A DNA stretch of 64,000 nucleotides from Utricularia gibba (taxonomy: Eukaryota > Plantae > Magnoliophyta), in assembly GCA_002189035.1 (NCBI GenBank), contig CM007991.1:2542001-2606000 (forward strand), in the 5' to 3' direction. This document shows positions 55,690 through 64,000 of the stretch, piece by piece. Under the pieces are notes generated by a model. That model was given only the letters and a program-made list of their open reading frames with translations, was not told the DNA's origin and did no database searches. The position numbers and the translations under genes are program-made. Numbering within the stretch: position 1 is the first letter of the stretch; each line of letters begins with the position of its first letter.

Positions 55690-56349
55690 CTTGGTTCTCA
55701 CCTTTTCTGTGTCCGGTGACCCGAAATCAGCAAATCGCTCGAAATGTTCATTGGAAATTTACGTATAGTCCTGATCTCAGTAGTTCATTTTTCACAGGAT
55801 TCTTTCGATTTCTTGAATTTAAAGTTACCAAGCATTGAAGAAGATCCTACTCTTCTGGCAGCTGAAAACAACATATCAGTATTCATCATCGGTCATAGTA
55901 TTGGTGAGAATCATCATAGGTTTCAGCCCCTGTCCTTCAACAACCGCTGTGCTCACGTTTTCATAGATCAGTGAACTCTGTAATTCCTTCTAGTCTTCAG
56001 CCCCGAGAATGCGAGTTTGCGTTCATCCCTCGCGGCGATCCTGGATACCGCATTCGCCTACTACTTTTCATCGCACAAGCCGAGAGTAACAGCTCAAAAG
56101 TGAATGAAACTTTCACAAGAATGCCTCCACCCTTCCCACGAAAATCGTTAAGCTTCACGAAACACGACCAGAGGAATAGAACTTCGTGGCATCATGCGAG
56201 AGGGATGGGAAGGAGATGCTTCTCGCTACCACCACGTCCTTTTCTCCTCCTCGGAAGAGTCGATCTGGTTGGGAGGGTGAAAATTCAAAGCGGAAGAAGG
56301 CATTTTCCGAAGGGGGATGCACTTTTTTGGAGGGAAATCGAAGGTGCAT
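55690..56349 (-). pseudogene. Probable decayed thylakoid bestrophin-like chloride channel (VCCN) relic
   Basis: Ordered minus-strand patches: transit-like MHLRFPSKKVHP; RS/HLL; VVFREA*RF..EG; GS..ARDERKL; ILGA; ITEF; FSAA..VG..SML; TEKV. Stops and frameshifts throughout. Confidence 0.45.
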
Positions 56350-56566
56350 ATGTATCTTCCCGTGCAAGCTACAACAACCAGTTCGCGTCCTGAAGCTCAA
56401 CCCTATTTATGTTGGTAAAAAAAAAACGATATTTTCGAACTTTTTTGTCAAGTGTCTGATATTTTAATTAATTTTAAAACGTCGTTTAGGAAGAGTGGAA
56501 AACAAATACTCAGTTACCTTTCGCGGAGCTGTTCAAAGCAGATTGATTCGAAGTGAGGTTAATGAA

Positions 56567-58738
56567 ATGGCTAGTGGTGATCATGTTGCCACCGCTCTTC
56601 AAAAAGCTTCTTTGCCTGAGACTGAAGCGGAGACCGGGACCATGACTATCCCACAAGGTGCGCTGGCGTTTCGTTTCTATTTCTAATTTTTTTTTACTGC
56701 TAGAAGAGGGGAAAAAGGAACCGAGTCGAAAAATGATCTTTTTTTGACAGAGATTTACCCTGAGAAGATCCTCATGCAATCAGTGATGACGGAAATGTGA
56801 CTCCTTTTTTTTTAAAGATTCGTTTCCTGGGATATTTTGTATTTGCATGCTTAAGGATGAAATTGTTGACGTGTAGTTTCCTTTTTTGCGCCAAAGGAAA
56901 CACTTTCTTTGTGAGATGGCGTTTTCGAGTGTTGTGAAGCAACAAGCAGTAGGAATTGTACAGCATAGGGTCCGGGATGCTTCTGATGAGATCCGTTTCT
57001 ACTGTTTTTCTCTAGTAATTATTTAAGTTCGTTGTAATCTGGAGAGGTCGTTGAGAGCTGTGCTGATTTTATTGTACAGCATATGTATCTTGAATTGCTG
57101 ATCTGTGTTTTGGAGTGAGATGAGATGAAAGACTTATTTGCATAGAATTGCTGATCACCTTTCCATAGCGTATATTTGAAGTTTTACAGACGCATCTATT
57201 GAATGGGTCTAGGTGCAGCACCAGTCTTGATATTTGTCTCATGCCCTTTAATCAGTAACTTCAGCATATTTCTTTTTTGTAGGTTTCTCTGGTTTTCATT
57301 CCTGGGAAAAAAAATACCATCCGCTGTACTTTGCCTATTTTGGAGATAACACAAAAAGAGAAGCTGAGGTATCACTGCAATGTGAAGGTATTTTCACAAT
57401 ATTTCGCGCAAACACACCCGCGCACATTCACACACTTGTTTTTCCTACCATTATTTGAACAGACATCGTGTAGATGTCATCTGTTTTGCGTGAGAAGTCT
57501 TATGCTCGCGACACTTTGAGGTTCCATTAGGGCTGACTGATGCGGGGATTACTCAGAACGCTGGAAAGGGTTGTAAATTTGGGAACAAACGTAGATCAAA
57601 GGATAATGAAGTTGAATCCGAATGTGCCCTTGGTTCCAGAAGAGTGTCCCGAAGCAGCAGAGGAATTGGGGAATCGGGAAAAATGGACTCCAAAAAATTT
57701 GAGTTTCTCATTGAGTAAGAAGTGCCATGGTGGTACATTTCTTATTCCTAATCATTTATCATCCTTAATCATCTCTAAATGCTGTAGGAAACTGCAGGAG
57801 AGGTTTCCCAAAGAACAAACCAAGGACTTCGCTTTTTTTGATTCGCTATGGTTTTCCTTTTACATAAAGGGACGTCTTAAAGCAAAGGTTTTAGATTGGA
57901 TCAAGAAGAAAGACATATTTTCAAAGACATATGTTTTTGTTCCAATAGTAGTATGGTATAGCAAACATCGTCATTCCACTGCTTTATGAGTTTAGTTGTT
58001 TGGTGAAGGTTCCATCTAGCCTCAATTGTGTACATTGCCTTTTTACCAGGGGTCACTGGTCTCTTTTGATCCTTTGCAACTTTGGACTGAGGCAAAGTGC
58101 AAATAAGACAAATCGATGCATGTTGCTGTTAGATTCACTGCATAGTCCCAACCTGGAGCGGCTAAAATCTAGCATCAGAAGGTATTTTCTTCTGAACAAG
58201 TTTTTCCCATTTGTTTTATCCATGAATACTAGTAGCTTTCAAGTGTTAGGTAAACGCCAACACTCTATTCCTCGTGTACTTAACCTTCATACAGATTCAT
58301 ATTTGACATCTTCCAATCCGAAAACCGCAAGGATGAGCAGGATCACATCAGAAGAATCCCTCTTCTTGTTCCCAAGGTCACTGCCTGCACCTGCTTGTCT
58401 CCCGTGCCTTTCTTGCGTTCACTGTGTTGCAGCTCATGTAAACACACGATTTCAGGTACCACAGCAGAAAAGTAGTACGGAGTGTGGGATTTTTGTTCTC
58501 CACTACGTGAATCTGTTTTTGCAGAGCGCACCGGACACATTTACTTATGAAGGCTATCCTTACTTCGTGAGTTTCTTCTTCACATTCATCTCCCTTGTTA
58601 TAACAACACAGAATGGATGATTTGTTTCTGAGCATTCCCATTTTTTAGATGAAGCAGGACTGGTTCACGTACCACGAATTCGAATGCTTTGCACAAGATC
58701 TTAGAGCCTATGATCTGGAGTATGACCCTTCAACTTAA
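56567..58738 (+). CDS. Ulp1-family (C48) SUMO protease, ULP2-like; 5' exons tentative
   Basis: FAFFDSLWF; WIKKKDIFSKTYVFVPIV; catalytic His in HWSLLILC; LLLDSLH; Gln/Cys in VPQQKSSTECGIFVLHY; YFMKQDWF. Confidence 0.88.
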
Positions 58739-59200
58739 GGCCCTTGGCTCACTCTCGTGTATCCCATCGACAGCTAGAAAGTGGCTAAAGAATGTGTATT
58801 TTAAATAATACAAATCTTTTTTAGGAATATTTTATTATGTTTTAAGTTGAGTTTTTAATTATAAATTATTAAAATAAATATTTTCAACCGGGGGCCATTG
58901 CCGAGATAGGTATGGGTTGCTAAATTGGGCCAGTTTTCAGGATTGGATCTAAACCGCTTTCTAATTATTCCCGTCTTTTGGCCCTAAATATCTTCGGCAG
59001 GCAACCGAAATATACCGTCGTAATTTTTCCGTCTCTTACGCCGGCCGTTTTACTGCGACGGCGACAAGTTTTTTTGCTTAGCGGCAGGTGCGTGTTTCAC
59101 TTCGGCGGCGATACGTATTCATGTGGCTATCTGCTGTTGTGGAATTATCGTTTTGATTACGTTCCCACTGTTTTCCTGCTTTCATGGTTTAGTTGCAAAG

Positions 59201-61989
59201 ATGGAGAGTTTTGATGGACTGGAGTTGTATAAACATGATTTACAAGCTGTGACATCTCAAATTAAGAAGCAGGAGTCTCTGCTGAGACTCAAACGCAGGT
59301 AAGGCTCCCTCGTTTTGCCTAGTGTTTCTTTGTTTGAACCTAGTATTTGGTGATAGTGGATCCCTGCAATTTTTTATCAAGTATTTATGAAGCAAACTGG
59401 CAGGTGGTTGATGAATTTGCCCTTATCTGTGAATGAGCAACATGCGGTTGAGGAAATGCTTCCTGGTAACGATAAGTATGTAAGGATTTCTCTTGTCATA
59501 TGTAATGTGCATTACGCAAAAGTGAAGTTGGTCATGAAAACTGGCTAAGTGGATTCTTTTAGGAAGTTTATGGATGCAGTAATGGAAATGCCATCGCTTT
59601 GTACATTTAAAATATTTCATGAAACTACTTAAAGTATTTCCTGTAGTCAGTGTTTATTTATTTTTTTTCGAAACCTGTAGTAATCTACGTGTAATGGTAC
59701 TGTGTTTTGATGGTTGCCGGTTTCTTCATCCTTCTGCTTTGCAGGATGCTGCCGGAGTCATTTATCTGGAACGATGATGTGAGTATACTGTACAATTTCA
59801 TCTTTAATCCTTATGCAATTACAATACATGTGTAGTAATTACTTACTGTAAACTGTTACATGGAATCTCGTCTCCTTTGAGTTATACAATATCAGTGTGA
59901 GTCTCTACGAATCTCTAGATGCTCTTATATTTATGATTGTTTCATGCCTTCTTTATAAACCTTTTGCAGTTATGCTATGAAGATGTCCGAACATGCATTG
60001 AAAAGGCATTTAGAGTATATCATAATGAGAACCAACATGACATCCTTGAAGAGGATCTACAAACTTTAATATTGGGGAAGGGTTATCGAAATATATTCTC
60101 CTTGTTGGACAATATGAACAGTGAAAGTTTGTGTTCATTTCTTGAGCTACTGACTGGAGCGCCTTCCAACATTAAGGGCCTAACTGGAAAAACTAGGAAG
60201 ACAGTTAAGGAATTTCTGTCAAAACTTATTGCTGATGATAGCGATGTTTCCAGGGAGAAGGTGAAAAAACTACTTCAAATATTGAAGGATGAAAATAATT
60301 TAGAGGATATCCAGGTTTCGAATTTAGCTACATCTGTAGAATACCACGTTGCCACTCAGACTGTAATAAAGGTACTGAAAAAACTCAATCTCCGTGCTTT
60401 ACGTGCAATGAAAAGGAAGCTGCAAGGGGTTAAGGGGTACATCCCATCTTTGAATCCCCAAACTAGTGGGATGGCACGTAGTATGTTAGTTCGCCAAGTG
60501 AAAAATTTGCTTGTGAAGATGCAATCTGACATTGATAAAGTCAGTGAAAATAAAGAAAGATTGGCTGATGCATTTGGTGTTGCTAGCCTAGCTTTAAAGC
60601 TGATGAATCATCCTGGATTACATGAGTTCAGAAAAATCTCACCTGAAACTGAAGCATTTCAGACTGAGATCTTAAAGGTAATTGCTCTCCTCAATGAAAG
60701 AAATAGAATAAGTCTGGGAGAACTGCATCACGTGCAGCTTTTGCTTGATGCTAAGCCAGTACCCATTAGGAGGCTACGCAGTGCAGTTCGAAATTTATTG
60801 ACAGAATATCTTTTTGAGTGCAATTTTTTGTATGAAATTCCTAGTTATGTGAAGGACATTGTTGAGATTATTAACCGCTGTCAGATTCCCGTACGCCGAA
60901 AAAAGTCTGTGCTTCAACCTGGTCATTCTTGTCCAGATGCGATCAGGGATGTAATGCAGAAAGAGATCGAATGTGTTCTAACTGTCAGTGCACAAGCAAA
61001 TCAAGTCATCTTAGACTTGTTACCAGATCTTGAAGTTGATGCACAATTTGCTCTTGCATATATGGATGAATCTGAAGAGAGTGATGGTTTGTACACATCT
61101 GATGATGAAATAAATGGCAGTTTATGGCCATGTGAATCACACCCTGCTGATTCATTTGGTCAACCAGAGAGTATTGGCGACATGAACCCTTCAATTTTGT
61201 CTTCAAGGTCTTCGTGGAGAGTCGGAGTTGGCAATAATCCTCTTCCATCACGTAGTGAAAGGAGTTTAAATATGCCTCTTGAGCTCCCCTCGGTCTATGA
61301 ATTAAGTTCAGTTGAAGTGCGTGGTTCAGGCTTGTGCAAGGCACCAAGAGTAGCAAATGGGGCACACCCAACAGAGGGGATAAGATTGTCTGCCTCAGAA
61401 TTTCCCAAATTAAGTAATTTAGAAACAACATCTCTCCCTACGACCAAAGGCCAGGGTGACCCTATGGAACAGATAGATTTTACTCATGAGAAAGAGAGCA
61501 CTTCTAATCGGTACCTGGAGTTTCAACATGCATGCAACAGCACGAGTATGGTAGCATATAATTTTGTTGGTCTGGTTTTAGACAGACTAGCATATTCACA
61601 CGGCATAGAAATCTCGCAAAAAAATAGATTGTACCTAGGTGCTTCTGTGTCTCCAAATAATGAAGGTAAGGTATAACAAGCATTTGCTTTTCTCTTTTTC
61701 TCTTTTTTACGTTTTTATGAAAATCTGAAATAAGATAGATTTCAGGGTGAGACTAATATTTTTCTCTTTATCTGGGAAAATGTATCATATATTTATCCTG
61801 CCTATGAGTATTTTGTGAAGCAAGTGATAATGGATACCCCGTTGTTTGTTTCAGTTTTGCAAGGCTTTTCTCTTTGTTTTCTTTTTTTTTTTTCTATTTT
61901 ATCTTCACCTGATTTTGGATACAGGATTTCAGAATCCACCATCGGAATCAGCCTTGCAAGAAATCTGGAGAAGTTTGGCTCGTCAATGA
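59201..61989 (+). CDS. Uncharacterised plant-specific protein (At5g40520-like as recalled); 3' end tentative
   Basis: Spliced start MESFDGLELYKHDLQAV...LRLKRR/WL...MLPESFIWNDD/LCYEDV; long exon with LRAMKRKLQG, SPETEAFQTEILK, LRSAVRNLLTEYLFEC, EIECVLTVSAQ. Confidence 0.75.
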
Positions 61990-62508
61990 CACTCAACAGC
62001 CGAATGTGTGGCGAGGGTATGCTTTACACCCTACACCCAGTCATTTGACACAGGTTCGAGAGTTAGCTCTTGTGCAACCTAAGAACAGTGCATTTTATAG
62101 CTCTCGTCTAGCGGTCCATTATCTGATGATGTGTTTTCTTGAGTGGTGTCATAGCCATGGAATTGGATTATACAGAACATTGTTTAGTCTCACATCAACA
62201 TTCATCTGATATATTTGCATGATGTGTTTATGTGATGGAAAATGAAAAAAAAAAAAAAAAAAAAACCTCAGCTTCCTCTCAGTATGCTACATATGCAAAC
62301 AAAAATGAAAAGGGTACCCACCGAATCTTATATGTACAAGAAAAAGGATTTGACTATATAGCAACTACAACACTTGTTTTTGATCCACTAGGTTCCAACT
62401 CTCACCCACTGGGGAACAGAAGAAGCTTGTGAACTTCATCAGCATGATGCAGCGGCAGCCTCTTTATTCGAATCTACAAAGAATGGCAGATAGTGATTGA
62501 CATCGAGA

Positions 62509-64000
62509 TTATTGTGATTGATGATGTTGAAGGATGTCTTCAATCAGTTCATAGAGAACGGTTTCCTGTATCTCAAAACCGATAGCTTGAACATCTTGTT
62601 GGGAGTTGATCCACTTTCCAGATGTTGCTATGTCCCTCTGAAGAATCTGATCCAGAGAGTTGTTTGCTGTCATTTGCTGAAAGAGATGCCATTCCACTTG
62701 CCTCCATATCTCATTCACAAGATCCACACAAGTTGGTATTGGCAATGATGGCATGTTTGCCGTGCACCATCCAAAGTGAAGGCCACAGACACTCTTTAAA
62801 GCTTCATTTGCGGAGTCGAAGAGGAGCCTTTGATCATGGCTTGCTCGTTTTGAAAACACCTCAACTTCATCATACAGAGATGAGTCTAGAATCGGTTGTG
62901 ATGAGAGCCGCTTGAGATGAAAGTCATCCCAGTTCATTCCTGAACCAAGCAACACTGCCTCCACATACTCGAATGGAGATTCCTCATCCTCCAGTGATAT
63001 GGGTGTATAACTTGCTGCTCCTTCATCACTCTGCTCTTCAAAATTAATGAGCTGGGGTTCGACATCCCTAGCTGAGATCCGCAAAATGCTTCAGAAAAAA
63101 CATTCATGCTACTTTTCATGTCATAAAATCTTTGCAGATGGGGTAACCTGGCTCAGATACGATGCTTGCAGCATCATCCATGAACAAGGGCTGAAGAACA
63201 GATACAGGACTTGGCTGCTCTAGTTTGTCAATGCCATGGTCAGAATCTTCCATTTCCCTGCTTACGGCTGAGCTTGACATCGGTGAACAACACCCACCAT
63301 CTTCTTCACATGAGTCCTGCAGATACATATGGTACAGAATAGGACAGCAGAAAATGTCAATTCCAGGAGTTTGAAGCTTCCATGCGAATTACACTCAAGT
63401 CATCAAAGGAAAGGAAATCTCACTGATTTGGGGCAGGTTGAGGACTCTGAACACTGAGAGAATCCAATTTCGAAGCCAATTGCAGTGGTGCTGGCTTCTC
63501 CTATATCTGCACCTATCAAGCATCATTTTTTTAGTTTCCCCACCTCTAATATTCTAGACGTCTTGACAAGAATATCCAAAGAGTGGAGCATTTACCTTCT
63601 GAAACCATGTCTTCCTGGTAAGTGGACTGAGTGAAGTTGTTCTGGTCTTCACAGGAGATACTAGAATCCATTTCATTGATTTTTATTTTGTCAAAATCAG
63701 CATTAGCATCATTAATGGATGCCTCCCTACTCATGCTCACACTTTGACCCATTGAACTTGAATGATTCTCCTGGTCTTCTTGTGAATGCCAATTTTCAGA
63801 AATGCGATTTTGAGATAACCGTGCTCCATCACATCCTCCAGGACTGGTGCAATTGGGACTTGAGTCAACATGATCAGAAAGCATCATGCGTAAAGACTTC
63901 GGCGCCTGACTGGTCATTGGATTCGAGTTTTCATCCGCATTCACCAGCATGTCAGAGATATGCTTCTTAGCCTCGACATAGATTTTACACTTCCCTCGTC
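62509..64000 (-). CDS. TON1-recruiting motif (TRM/LONGIFOLIA-type, DUF4378) protein, 3' part; runs off the window
   Basis: EQPSPVSVLQPLF motif; EYVEAVLLGSG; LLFDSANEAL; C-terminal D(I)ATSGKW...IGFEIQETVLYELIEDI. Confidence 0.85.

Noticed and set aside
57661-57715. Another apparent frameshift in the SUMO protease (track reads EKWTPKNL)
   Set aside because: The real exon uses a different frame (GIGESGKMDSKKFEFLIE) that is open and splices correctly.

Overview
Gene-dense eudicot nuclear DNA with about 25 intron-containing protein-coding genes in 64 kb (about 2.6 kb per gene). Most introns are 60-120 nt, and I saw no transposon coding sequence, tRNA or rRNA. Gene order: RPL13A, two tandem CER1-like genes, ADP-glucose phosphorylase (GalT family), COX10, CAT9, PDRG1, PKSA/LAP6, a matrix metalloproteinase, FBN9, PDLP8, PAT14, spastin-like AAA ATPase, an At2g45590-type kinase, SOC1-like MADS, RS40-like SR protein, QUA3/PMT13, ANL2-like HD-ZIP IV, GSK3/shaggy, PLIM2, TAD1, DTA2/rumi-like glycosyltransferase, ULP SUMO protease, an uncharacterised protein and a partial TRM gene. 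From memory, this order resembles the Arabidopsis At2g45xxx/At3g60-61xxx/At4g00xxx/At1g01-02xxx blocks. The compactness suggests a miniaturised genome such as Lentibulariaceae (inference only). Two main observations. (1) Several apparently empty spacers hold deletion-riddled gene relics absent from the ORF track: a clear MYB17/MIXTA-subgroup relic at 49.2-50.0 kb, a probable VCCN/bestrophin relic at 55.7-56.3 kb and a possible GRF relic at 25.1-25.3 kb, each where recalled synteny predicts. (2) Five or six otherwise intact genes break frame inside short G/C homopolymers, which looks like long-read consensus error rather than pseudogenisation. All family calls are by-eye motif recognition; no searches were run.
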